A stretch of DNA of 64,000 nt from Candidatus Latescibacterota bacterium (GTDB lineage: Bacteria > Latescibacterota > UBA2968 > SICM01): the NCBI GenBank assembly GCA_965217865.1, contig CBDCJO010000002.1, forward strand, positions 4,672,001 through 4,736,000, given 5' to 3'. The number at the start of each line of letters is the position of its first letter. Within the stretch, counting starts at the first letter, position 1. The notes under the pieces are model-generated. The model saw only the letters and a program-made list of their open reading frames with translations, was not told where the DNA came from and did no database searches. This document shows positions 1-9,215 of this stretch, piece after piece. The position numbers were made by a program, and so were the translations under genes.

Positions 1-1549
1 AGACGCCAGGGTTCGTGATCGTGATCGTCCCCTGAACAGCGTTTTCACCGATCTTGACGGTCTCCAACGACAGGGTGGAGGCCGACAGGCTGATCTCCGG
101 ACCGCCCTCCACGGCGAACCCGGTCACGTCGATCCCCTTGGACCCGGCATCGGATTCAACAAACAGGACGGCCGACCGGGCCCCTTTTCTGCTGGGGGAA
201 AAAATCACGGTGACTGTCTCGATGCCGCCGGCGTTGATCGTGGGCAGTGTCTCCTGTCCCTGGTAATCCCTTCTTCCCGCACCGCTGAACGAGAACTCGG
301 TGAGGGTCAGGGGCCCGGTCCCGATATTATGGACCTCCAGGGTCTGTTCGGAACTCCCCCCGACTCCGGTCGTGTCGAAAGCCAAGGATGTGACCATGAG
401 GGCAAGGATCCCGTCGGGCCCCACGCGGCGGATGCGGTGATTTTGAGTGTCGGAGAAATAGACGTTTATGCCGTCCGCATCCACGGCCACGTCGTAGGGC
501 TGATGCAGCTCGGCCTGGTTCGCCTGCCCTCCGTCCCCTGCATATCCACCCCTTACATTCCCATCTGCGTCCTTATCAAATTTTGAACCCGCAATGGTAT
601 CGATGATCCTGCCTGTGTCCACAATCCGGATGCGGTGATTGAGGGTATCGGCGATGTAAACATTTCCTTTGGAATCAACGGCTAGGCCGAGGGGCGTCCA
701 CAGGGCTGCTTCGGTAGCTTTGATGCCCGTCCTGAGTTGCGCCCTGTCCCCCCTTCCGCCGGCAAAGGTCGTGATGTTCCCCGTAGCGTCCACATGACGG
801 ATGAGGTGAGATCTCCCGTCCGCGATGAAGATGTCCTGCCCGTCTATGACGAGGCCTGTCGGTTGGTCCAGCTCGGCCTCTACAGCCGGTCCCCCGTCCC
901 CGTCTGAACCTCTCTCGCCGTTACCGACCACGGTCGTGATCGTTCCCGAGAACGCGTTCACTTTTCGAATACGGAAATTTTGCCGGTCTGCTATGAAAAC
1001 GCTCCCCGATACATCCACGGCCACATCTCGCGGCCAGAACAGTTCGGCCTCCTTAGCCGGCCCGTTGTCCCCGGAATAAGCACCCTCCCCTCGGACGGAT
1101 GTAGTTCCCAAACCCGCGAAGGTGGTGATGATCCCGTCAGGATCTACGACGCGGACCCGGTTGTTGTTGGTGTCGCCGATGTATATATTCCCTTTTGAAT
1201 CCACGGTCACACTAGTAGGTTGGTTTAAGCCGGCCTCCGTAGCGGGTCCATCATCCCCTGAAAAACCCGTATCTCCGTTTCCGGCGATGGTCTCGATGAC
1301 CCCGTCCAGGCCCACGCGGCGGATCCGCCCGTTATTTGAGTCGGCGATGTAGAGGACCCCCCTTTCATCCAGGAACAGGCCCAGCGGTTCATCTAACTTG
1401 GCCTCGTTGGCCGGACCTCCGTCCCCTGCAAATCCGCCCGTCTCTCGACCTGCAAAGGTCGAGATGTTATCCGTGCCTTCAACAGCGGCAAGATTTCCCG
1501 GAACCTGAAGGCAGAACATACAAACAAAAGCAACGAAGAAACGGCCCAT
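1..1549 (-). CDS. Secreted NHL-repeat beta-propeller protein followed by Ig-like choice-of-anchor-D (ASPM-SPD-2-Hydin-like) domains; 3' end runs off the window
   Basis: Manual translation from ATG 1549 (RBS GGAGGAGG): MGRFFVAFVCMFCLQVPG signal-like N-terminus; repeated 'GDGGPAxEAxLxxPxGxxxDxxGxxYIADxxNxRIRxV' NHL units; then 'SEQTLEVHNIGTGPLTLTEFSF...TVTVIFSPS'. Absent from the ORF track because there is no stop inside the window. Confidence 0.85.
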   Translation of the reverse strand, partial: MGRFFVAFVCMFCLQVPGNLAAVEGTDNISTFAGRETGGFAGDGGPANEAKLDEPLGLFLDERGVLYIADSNNGRIRRVGLDGVIETIAGNGDTGFSGDDGPATEAGLNQPTSVTVDSKGNIYIGDTNNNRVRVVDPDGIITTFAGLGTTSVRGEGAYSGDNGPAKEAELFWPRDVAVDVSGSVFIADRQNFRIRKVNAFSGTITTVVGNGERGSDGDGGPAVEAELDQPTGLVIDGQDIFIADGRSHLIRHVDATGNITTFAGGRGDRAQLRTGIKATEAALWTPLGLAVDSKGNVYIADTLNHRIRIVDTGRIIDTIAGSKFDKDADGNVRGGYAGDGGQANQAELHQPYDVAVDADGINVYFSDTQNHRIRRVGPDGILALMVTSLAFDTTGVGGSSEQTLEVHNIGTGPLTLTEFSFSGAGRRDYQGQETLPTINAGGIETVTVIFSPSRKGARSAVLFVESDAGSKGIDVTGFAVEGGPEISLSASTLSLETVKIGENAVQGTITITNPGV

Positions 1550-1832
1550 TACGACCCTCCTCCTTTTATGTATATAGTCCATCGTTCCCCGGGACGTGGA
1601 AATTTGACTTAATTTACAAATATATTGAGCGATCTACCGGAAGTCAAGAAATTAAGGGATGTTTGCCTACAAACAGTGCGGTCCCGAAAAACGGGTTTCA
1701 CGAGTTCAATAGGGAAGTGCAACGCTTAGGACAGAATTTTAAGGGTCTGCCGAACATTTCGGTTAATTCCTGTATTTAAAAAAGTTCGCGCAATTATTGT
1801 ATGGAGTTATCAAAAGGATCAGCGAAATAAGC

Positions 1833-1910
1833 TGGTGGGCGGTACTGGATTCGAACCAGTGACCTCCTGCTTGTAAGGCAGGCGCTCTGAACCTGCTGAG
1901 CTAACCGCCC
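1833..1910 (-). tRNA. tRNA-Val(UAC)
   Basis: Reverse complement GGGCGGTTAGCTCAGCAGGTTCAGAGCGCCTGCCTTACAAGCAGGAGGTCACTGGTTCGAATCCAGTACCGCCCACCA: acceptor stem, anticodon loop CTTACAA, T-loop GGTTCGAATCC, encoded CCA. Confidence 0.97.
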
Positions 1911-1983
1911 GCGCCGAAAACATAAAGACCGCACCATTCGAAGTCAAGGGGATTATTCCGGATGTAACCAGGGGCAAATCAGC

Positions 1984-2012
1984 TTGACATTAAAGGCTTT
2001 CTTCATTATTTT
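1984..2012 (+). promoter_or_regulatory. Putative sigma70 promoter
   Basis: TTGACA-N17-TATTTT upstream of the small ORF at 2057. Confidence 0.6.
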
Positions 2013-2056
2013 GATAGTGTTAATTACACAAAAATCCGCCTGATTAGGATAACTGT

Positions 2057-2258
2057 ATGGCCATTGCACCCTTGAGACAGAATCCGAACCCCGAACAGAT
2101 CGCCGTCAATCTTATCGGACGCACGGTGGCGGATAATAAAGCACCCGGAATCGCCGAATCAGCCAGCGTCATGAACGCCACCCCCAAATTTTTCTCGGCC
2201 GGAACCCCCCCCCCGTCATGTCGAGTGGTTTGGGCCACAATCTGGACGTGAGGGCCTG
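2057..2258 (+). CDS. Small protein, probably ending in a YjfB-like GxNLDVRA motif; frameshifted at a C10 tract
   Basis: AGGA RBS-like sequence, ATG 2057 and an upstream promoter. The frame shifted after C10 (2205-2214) reads VMSSGLGHNLDVRA-stop. Confidence 0.5.
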
Positions 2259-2281
2259 AGCTCCCAGGCCGCGTCGTCAAT

Positions 2282-3469
2282 TTGATGAACGTCCGATCCT
2301 CCCTCACATACCGAATCAAGTCTCACGCCCGCGAATTGGGCTTCGAACCCGTCGGGGTTGCGCCCGCAAGCCCTCCGGAGCACTGGCCGTTTTACCTGAA
2401 ATGGATCGATCAGGGTTTTGCCGGAGAGATGGGATATCTCCGCCGGAACCATGCACGTCGACGCGATCCGAAATCGATCCTTCCCCGGGCAAAGTCCATA
2501 CTTTGCGTGGGGATGAGCTACAATCACCTCCAGGGTCCGAACCGGAACGGATCCGGATTGCGCGGCCGGATCGCCAAATATGCGCGTGGGGAGGATTATC
2601 ACGATGTCATGAAAACCCGGCTGTTCCGGTTGCTGGACTTTATCAAGACCGAAGGGGGGCCGGACCTGGAGGGCCGGGTCTACGTCGACACGGGGCCGGT
2701 GCTCGAGCGGGATGCGGCTGCGCGAGCCGGGGTGGGGTGGTTCGGAAAGAACACCTGTCTGATCGACAAGCGGGTCGGATCCTGGCTGCTCCTGGGGGAG
2801 ATTATCCTGGACGTCGTGCTCGAATACGATGCGCCCGTCCCGGACCACTGCGGTACCTGCACGCGTTGTATCGATGCCTGCCCGACCGGGGCGCTACCGG
2901 AACCCTATGTCCTGGACTCCAGAAAATGCATCTCCTACCTGACGATCGAGGTCAAGGGGGATATTCCCGTGGAGATGCGTCCAGGTCTGGGGGATTGGGT
3001 CTTCGGATGCGACATCTGTCAGGATGTCTGTCCGTGGAACCACGAAGCGACCACGACGAATGAACCGGCCTTCGCTCCACGAGACGGACTCGACGCCCCG
3101 CAGCTGACCGATCTCCTGGGGATGGATCAGGCCGCCTTCAGCGGGAAATTCAAGGGGAGCCCGGTCAAGCGGGCAAAACGGAAAGGGTTTCTGAGAAACA
3201 CCGCGGTCGCCCTGGGAAATTCCGGGGATCGGCGGGCGGTACCGGCTCTTGTGGAAGCCTTGAAGGACACCGAACCGCTCGTGAGGAGCCATGCGGCGTG
3301 GGCGCTCGGACGGTTGGGGGGCGAGACCGCACGTGAGGCGTTGAAGGAGGCCCTGGGCAGGGAGGCGGACGAAGGGGTGCTTGAGGAAATCGAGTGGGCA
3401 TTTAAAGAAGTCACGAATCGCGGATCCGGGCCCCTGAGTCAAGAGTCCACATCGGACTCTGACCTTTGA
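2282..3469 (+). CDS. queG: tRNA epoxyqueuosine(34) reductase QueG with C-terminal HEAT repeats
   Basis: YARGEDYH, YVDTGPVLER, CGTCTRCIDACPT and CISYLTIE..FGCDICQDVCPWN Fe-S motifs. Confidence 0.95.
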   Translation: MMNVRSSLTYRIKSHARELGFEPVGVAPASPPEHWPFYLKWIDQGFAGEMGYLRRNHARRRDPKSILPRAKSILCVGMSYNHLQGPNRNGSGLRGRIAKYARGEDYHDVMKTRLFRLLDFIKTEGGPDLEGRVYVDTGPVLERDAAARAGVGWFGKNTCLIDKRVGSWLLLGEIILDVVLEYDAPVPDHCGTCTRCIDACPTGALPEPYVLDSRKCISYLTIEVKGDIPVEMRPGLGDWVFGCDICQDVCPWNHEATTTNEPAFAPRDGLDAPQLTDLLGMDQAAFSGKFKGSPVKRAKRKGFLRNTAVALGNSGDRRAVPALVEALKDTEPLVRSHAAWALGRLGGETAREALKEALGREADEGVLEEIEWAFKEVTNRGSGPLSQESTSDSDL

Positions 3470-3498
3470 CCCTGACTCGCGACTCTTAGGGGTTTAAA

Positions 3499-4857
3499 TT
3501 GGTAAAGTCTTTATTAAATATCGAATCTGAAAACCTTGAAGGGGCCTCCCTCCCGAAAAGGCATGTCTACATCGAGACTTACGGGTGCCAGATGAACCTC
3601 TCCGACTCCGAGCTAATGTCCGGGGTTCTCAGGGAAGCGGGTTTTTCGGAGACGGCCCAAGTCGATAAGGCGGATGTCATCCTGGTCAACACCTGTGCAA
3701 TTCGGGAACGAGCTGAGGAGCGGGTGATCGCCCGACTCTCCCAACTTAACGGATACAAGGTCAGACGGCCGGACGTTGTCCTGGGGGTCTGCGGCTGTAT
3801 GTCGAAGCATCTGAGCGAGAAGCTGATAGACAGGGCACCCTATGTCGATCTGGTGGTTGGGCCCGATTCTTATCGAGGACTTCCTGCGCTGATCGGCAAG
3901 GCATCTGGCGAACCCGCCTTCGACCTGCGGATGGACCGGGCGGAAACCTACATAGGCGTAGATCCCGCCCGGAGGGGGGGCGTGAATGCCTGGGTGACGG
4001 TCGAGCGGGGCTGCGACAAGTTTTGCAGCTTCTGTATCGTTCCTTTCGTGCGAGGCCGGGAACGGTGCGTTCCGGCTCAGGAGGTCGTGCGGCAGGTGAA
4101 CAGTCTTGCGGATGAGGGTTATCGTGAGGTGACGCTCCTCGGCCAGACGGTGAACGCATACCGGGACGGTGAGGTTGACTTCGCCAATCTTCTTCGGATG
4201 CTCGCCGGCATCGATGGGATTGAACGCATCAGGTTCACCTCCCCCCACCCGAGCGAGTTCACCCCCGGGTTAATCGATGCGATGGCGGAGGAGCCGAAGG
4301 TCTGCGCGCATATCCACCTGCCGGTCCAGTCCGGTTCGGACCGGATCCTGTCCGCCATGAAGCGGGGCTATGACTCTGGGGAGTATTGCCGGCTTGTGGA
4401 GAAGATTCGCGCGGCCATGCCCGGCGCTGCATTGACCACGGACATCATCGTGGGATTCCCCGGAGAATCGGATGAAGACTTTCAGGAGACGGTGGACCTT
4501 ATGCGGAACGTGCGCTACGATGCAGCGTTCATGTTCATGTATTCCCCCCGGGAGGGGACGACCGCGGAACGGGAGCTCCAGGATGACAGCCCTCGGGATC
4601 TGAAGCGGCAACGCCTCGAGTCGATCGTGGCGCACCAGGAGGAGATCTCGCTGGAGATCAATCGATCGTTCATCGGACGGACCGTTCGGGTTCTGGTGGA
4701 AGGGGAATCGAAACGAGACCCGGACCGGTTTTACGGTAAGTCGGAGGGGTACAAGACGACCATATTCCCCCGCGGGTCCACGCGGGAGAATACGTTCGTG
4801 GATGTCAGCGTGGATCGGGTGACGTCTCATACGCTTTTGGGCATCGTTCGTGGTTGA
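3499..4857 (+). CDS. miaB: tRNA-2-methylthio-N6-dimethylallyladenosine synthase MiaB
   Basis: ETYGCQMN, NTCAIRE, radical SAM motif CDKFCSFC, C-terminal TRAM domain. Confidence 0.95.
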   Translation: MVKSLLNIESENLEGASLPKRHVYIETYGCQMNLSDSELMSGVLREAGFSETAQVDKADVILVNTCAIRERAEERVIARLSQLNGYKVRRPDVVLGVCGCMSKHLSEKLIDRAPYVDLVVGPDSYRGLPALIGKASGEPAFDLRMDRAETYIGVDPARRGGVNAWVTVERGCDKFCSFCIVPFVRGRERCVPAQEVVRQVNSLADEGYREVTLLGQTVNAYRDGEVDFANLLRMLAGIDGIERIRFTSPHPSEFTPGLIDAMAEEPKVCAHIHLPVQSGSDRILSAMKRGYDSGEYCRLVEKIRAAMPGAALTTDIIVGFPGESDEDFQETVDLMRNVRYDAAFMFMYSPREGTTAERELQDDSPRDLKRQRLESIVAHQEEISLEINRSFIGRTVRVLVEGESKRDPDRFYGKSEGYKTTIFPRGSTRENTFVDVSVDRVTSHTLLGIVRG

Positions 4858-4935
4858 AATTGAAGATTGGATATTGAAGATCGTAGGGATCAATAGGACC
4901 ACAGTCAAAGAGATCCAAAGGGCCAAAATAAGGCC

Positions 4936-5880
4936 ATGAAACATCCTATGTCTCAACATCTTACAGCCATGGCCTCAGACGATTTATTAACCCTCGAAAA
5001 CCCGATGAAACGGCAGCGGAAACCGGTATGGCTCAAGGCCAAGGCCCCCGGAAGCCCGGGGTTTCTCGAACTCAAACGACTGGTCGGCGAACTTGAACTG
5101 AACACAGTCTGCGAGAGCGCGATGTGTCCGAACATCGGAGAGTGCTGGGATCGCGGGACGGCGACGTTTATGATCCTGGGGGACATCTGCACGAGGCGCT
5201 GCGGGTTCTGCGCGATCGCCACGGGAAAACCTGAGGGGCTCGACCTCGATGAACCGAAAAGGGTGGGCCAGGCGATTCAGCGTCTGGGCCTGCGGCACGC
5301 GGTTGTCACCTCGGTCAACCGGGATGAGCTGGAAGATGGCGGGGCCTTCATCTTCGCGGAAACGATTCTGAAAATCCGGGAATTCAGCCCCGAGACCAGC
5401 ATCGAGGTGCTGGTCCCGGACTTTCAGGGGGACTGGGACGCCTTGAAGATCGTGATGGACGCCGGGCCCGATATCCTGAATCACAACCTGGAGACGATTC
5501 CCAGACTCTACAGGCTGATGCGTCCTCAGGCCGTGTATGAACGTTCCCTTGAGCTTCTCCGCCGGGCAAAACAATTTGCCGGCGGCACGCCGACCAAGTC
5601 GGGGATCATGATCGGCGCCGGGGAATCGTGGGATGAAGTGATTCAGACAATGGCGGATATCTCGGAGACAGGGTGCGATATCCTCACGATCGGACAGTAC
5701 CTTCAACCCTCCCCGGCACATGTACCTGTCCTGCATTACTACCTGCCTGAGGCGTTCGACCGGTTGAAGTCCCTTGGCCGGGAGATAGGCTTCCGTCACG
5801 TGGAATCGGGGCCGCTGGTGCGGAGTTCCTACTACGCCGAGGAGCAGGTGGTACTTGCGGAAAATCGCGTATCGGCCTAG
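4936..5880 (+). CDS. lipA: Lipoyl synthase (start codon uncertain)
   Basis: [31 protein letters not shown] motifs. Confidence 0.96.
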   Translation: MKHPMSQHLTAMASDDLLTLENPMKRQRKPVWLKAKAPGSPGFLELKRLVGELELNTVCESAMCPNIGECWDRGTATFMILGDICTRRCGFCAIATGKPEGLDLDEPKRVGQAIQRLGLRHAVVTSVNRDELEDGGAFIFAETILKIREFSPETSIEVLVPDFQGDWDALKIVMDAGPDILNHNLETIPRLYRLMRPQAVYERSLELLRRAKQFAGGTPTKSGIMIGAGESWDEVIQTMADISETGCDILTIGQYLQPSPAHVPVLHYYLPEAFDRLKSLGREIGFRHVESGPLVRSSYYAEEQVVLAENRVSA

Positions 5881-5890
5881 AAAGGGAGGC

Positions 5891-6898
5891 ATGGGCAGAC
5901 ACGACATTATGACGACGATGGTCGGAAGCTATCCGGTTCCAGAGTGGTTGAAGGCCTATCCGTCGATGCAGAACCTGATCGACGCGACGATGGTCGTGTT
6001 CAAAACCCAGGAGCAGAGGGGGCTGGATGTGGTGTCCGACGGGGAGCTCGACCGCTTCGATCTGAATCACCCCGAGACGAACGGGATGATCGATTATTTT
6101 ATCCGTCCTATGTCCGGTATCACGGTCGAAGTCAGCAGGGAGACCCTCAACGAATTCAAACGGGATTCGGGACTTGAATATCGGATCGAGCCGGCCGGCG
6201 TGGTGGAAGGACCGATCGGAGAGGGAACACTCAACCTCCCGAAGGCCTATAACCTTGTTCGGGGATTGACCGGGGCCAGGCTCAAGTTCACGGTGACCGG
6301 ACCCCATATGCTAAGCAAGGTCCTGATGGATCGGTACTATCACGACCGATCGAGGCTGGCCGATGCCATCGCGGATGTGCTTTCCGATCAGGTCGCGGAG
6401 ATCGATGCGGAGGTGGTCCAGCTGGATGAGGCAAATATCCCGGGTTACCCGGAAGAGGGACCTTGGGCCGCCAAAGCGATCAACCGGGTTCTGGACGCTG
6501 TGAAGGGTGAGAAAGCCGTCCACGTCTGCTTCGGAAACTACGGCGGACAGACGGTTCAAAAAGGGGGGTGGGAAGCGCTAGTTCCGTTCCTTTCAGAGCT
6601 TCGAGCCGACCATCTGGTTCTCGAATTCAAACGAAGGGGCATCGAACAGGCCGCATGTCTGAAGGAATTGCCGGAACAGTTGGGCATCGGTCTGGGCGTC
6701 ATCGACATCAAGGACAACAGGATCGAGAGTCCGGATGAAATCGCGGGCGATATCGAAAAGGCGGAAAAGATCCTGGGAAAAGGCCGCATCAAGTACATCC
6801 ATCCCGATTGCGGGTTCTGGATGCTCCAGCGGAGCGTTGCCGACCGGAAAATGCGTGCCCTTGTACAGGGCCGGGATCTCTTCGAAGGCCGAAGTTGA
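5891..6898 (+). CDS. Cobalamin-independent methionine synthase II family protein (MetE catalytic-domain type)
   Basis: VGSYP, SDGE, QLDE, Zn ligands HVCFGN / LEF / PDCG; RBS GGGAGG before ATG 5891. Confidence 0.85.
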   Translation: MGRHDIMTTMVGSYPVPEWLKAYPSMQNLIDATMVVFKTQEQRGLDVVSDGELDRFDLNHPETNGMIDYFIRPMSGITVEVSRETLNEFKRDSGLEYRIEPAGVVEGPIGEGTLNLPKAYNLVRGLTGARLKFTVTGPHMLSKVLMDRYYHDRSRLADAIADVLSDQVAEIDAEVVQLDEANIPGYPEEGPWAAKAINRVLDAVKGEKAVHVCFGNYGGQTVQKGGWEALVPFLSELRADHLVLEFKRRGIEQAACLKELPEQLGIGLGVIDIKDNRIESPDEIAGDIEKAEKILGKGRIKYIHPDCGFWMLQRSVADRKMRALVQGRDLFEGRS

Positions 6899-6923
6899 AA
6901 ATTTTCAGGGATACGTGGTCAAC

Positions 6924-7235
6924 GTGAAGGACTTTATCAAGGTGGCCGATGTCGATGAAATCCCTCCGGGCACTGGTAAGGTCGTGACGATACTGGGTCG
7001 GGAGGTCGGACTATTCAACCTTGAGGGGCAGTTTCGCGCCATCGACAACGTGTGTCCGCACACCTACCGGCCGATCGGGGTTGTGGACTTTGATGGGAAG
7101 ATCGTGACCTGTCTCTGGCACGGGCTTAGTTTCGACGTCGAGGACGGTCGGTGTCTCCAGACGACGGAATACTGTGTGGACACCTATCCCGTTCGGGTGG
7201 AAGACGGACAGGTCATGGTGTCCCTTGGCCGCTGA
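6924..7235 (+). CDS. Rieske [2Fe-2S] ferredoxin
   Basis: CPH...CLWHG ligands; GTG start at 6915 or 6924. Confidence 0.85.
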   Translation: MKDFIKVADVDEIPPGTGKVVTILGREVGLFNLEGQFRAIDNVCPHTYRPIGVVDFDGKIVTCLWHGLSFDVEDGRCLQTTEYCVDTYPVRVEDGQVMVSLGR

Positions 7236-7236
7236 G

Positions 7237-7635
7237 ATGGAGACGGTCCGATTGTCCGAGGAGGATGCCTTCTCCCTTCGAGAAGGCATCCGCGAATTTA
7301 ACGAAGGCTATTATTTCGAGGCGCACGATACGCTTGAGGAGGCCTGGCACGGTATTCGGGGTCCCCACCGTGCTTTTTACCACGGTTTAATTCAGATGGC
7401 GACCGGATTCTACCACCTGACCGGGAACAACCTCAAGGGGGCCGAAAGCCAGCTCTCACTGGGTTTAAAAAAGCTCTCCCCGTTTCTTCCCTTCTACCTG
7501 GGGGTTGAAGTCGCCAGACTCGATGAACAGGTGAGGAAGATTCTGAATCACGTTCGGGCGGCACGGTCGGGCCGTATGAGCGGGATTGAAACAGGTCGCC
7601 TTCCTTGCATCCGATTTCGGGAGAAAGATAGCTGA
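7237..7635 (+). CDS. DUF309 family protein
   Basis: FNEGYYFEAHDTLEEAW...GLIQMATGFYH signature. Confidence 0.88.
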   Translation: METVRLSEEDAFSLREGIREFNEGYYFEAHDTLEEAWHGIRGPHRAFYHGLIQMATGFYHLTGNNLKGAESQLSLGLKKLSPFLPFYLGVEVARLDEQVRKILNHVRAARSGRMSGIETGRLPCIRFREKDS

Positions 7636-7755
7636 AGGTGAAAGGAATTCTTTCAATTGACTCAGGAATTCGAGCGGCTGAATTGATGTGATTTGGGAGG
7701 GATGAGACGGGGTGAGCCAAGTCCTCCCCTTCAATCATTTCAGGAGAGGTATCAG

Positions 7756-9024
7756 ATGAGACTTTATCGAGGCACCGTAATCGGCATCGGGTGTGTTGTT
7801 CTTCTGGGCATGTCGCCGAGCACCAGTTCGGGGGGGTCCGAGGATCGCATGCCTGGCAAGGAGGAAAAAGTCACCAAGGGTGACGCCAAGGTGGCCCTCC
7901 GCTCCGCAAGGCTCTACGTCAGACAGAAGCTCTACAAAAGGGCCATCGAGATGCTCGAGATCGCGATCAAGGGAGATCCGAAAAACCCGGCTCCTCATTT
8001 CATGATCGGCGAGATATATGCTGGTATGGACAAAATCGATCTGATGAATTATCACTTCGACCAGGTGATCAGGCTCAACCCCAAAAAATATGGAGAAAAG
8101 GTTAATCATCAGAAGAAGCAGGTGTTTGTCCAGCATTACAACATGGGCCTCCGGGCGATTGAAAAGAAGCGGACCGACCTGGGGATCGAAGAATTATTGA
8201 TTGCGACAAAGATCGATTCCACGAATGTGGACGTCCACAGGACTATGGGATTCGCATACAGTCAGTCGGGTGAGGAGGAAAAGGGGATCGCATCCTTTGA
8301 GAAGGCCGTGGCGCTGGACCCGGGTGACATCCAGACCATTGTAAACCTGGGGATTTCCTACCAGAAACTCGGGAAGTCGAAGGAGGCTCTGGCGTCGTTC
8401 CAGAAGGCGGAGAAAATCGATCCCACAAACATAAACATCGTCACAAACCTGGTTGTCGCTTATCAGAACCTTTCCAGAACAACAACCGACAGCCTGAAGG
8501 CGATCGCGTATAAGGACAGTGTCATGGCGGTGTGCGACCGCGCGATATCGATCGATCCCGACAATCCCCAGCTGGCTGTCACCGCCGGACAGCTCCACCT
8601 GACACGGGCGTTGAGTCTCCAGGGTGCGGAAAAAAAGGATGAGGCTCAGGAATATTTTACGAGCGCGACGAGGCTTCTCGAGATCGCGGTCAAGAACGAT
8701 CCGAATGACGAGTCGTCCGCTTTCAATCTTGCACACTGCTACAATGAATTGGGCAAGCCAAAAAAGGCCATATCGATGTGGCAAAAGGCGGCCGAGATAG
8801 ATCCAACTGATGTCGATACGTGGATGCAGCTCGCTTTCGCCCAGCTCAGGCAGGAGGACACGGACGCGGCGCTTAAGTCATTTCTGAAGATCATCGAGGT
8901 GGATCCCAAAAACGTCCGGGCCCATCAATTTCTATCGAGGCTCTATGCCCAAAGGGACGATGTGGCGAAGGCCAAGGAGTTCTACAACAAGGCCGAGGCA
9001 TTGAAGAGCGGGGGAACGGACTGA
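7756..9024 (+). CDS. Exported tetratricopeptide repeat protein
   Basis: N-terminal hydrophobic signal and many TPR units (e.g. ASFEKAVALDPGDIQTIVNLG); RBS GGAGAGG. Confidence 0.85.
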   Translation: MRLYRGTVIGIGCVVLLGMSPSTSSGGSEDRMPGKEEKVTKGDAKVALRSARLYVRQKLYKRAIEMLEIAIKGDPKNPAPHFMIGEIYAGMDKIDLMNYHFDQVIRLNPKKYGEKVNHQKKQVFVQHYNMGLRAIEKKRTDLGIEELLIATKIDSTNVDVHRTMGFAYSQSGEEEKGIASFEKAVALDPGDIQTIVNLGISYQKLGKSKEALASFQKAEKIDPTNINIVTNLVVAYQNLSRTTTDSLKAIAYKDSVMAVCDRAISIDPDNPQLAVTAGQLHLTRALSLQGAEKKDEAQEYFTSATRLLEIAVKNDPNDESSAFNLAHCYNELGKPKKAISMWQKAAEIDPTDVDTWMQLAFAQLRQEDTDAALKSFLKIIEVDPKNVRAHQFLSRLYAQRDDVAKAKEFYNKAEALKSGGTD

Positions 9025-9115
9025 AATGAAATGCGCTTTACGGAGTCTGGAGTCTATCTCCTTCTTAAAAAAGCAAGGTGGACGGACCTTCAGATCTCCT
9101 ATTCCTGCACGGATG

Positions 9116-9147
9116 AAAAGACGAGAGGCGGTTCCTTTCGTCTTTTT
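9116..9147. terminator. Intrinsic terminator-like hairpin
   Basis: AAAAGACGAGAGG-CGGTT-CCTTTCGTCTTTTT inverted repeat with A/T tails. Confidence 0.6.
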
Positions 9148-9215
9148 GCATTTAGCGTTTGTTAATGGGCTGTATCTGGCTGAACGTCACGCTGTTTGTT
9201 GAGGATATCTGGATT

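Noticed and set aside
54-1352. Short plus-strand ORFs
   Set aside because: Antisense shadows of the minus-strand NHL-repeat gene.
1833-1910. tRNA-Val as an integration site
   Set aside because: No integrase and no duplicated tRNA 3' end seen in the window.
3433-3488. GAGTC/GACTC-rich palindromic patch at the queG end, and TGAAGAT-like heptamers at about 4855-4882
   Set aside because: Short and degenerate, with no repeat-spacer periodicity; not CRISPR and not recurrent in the window.
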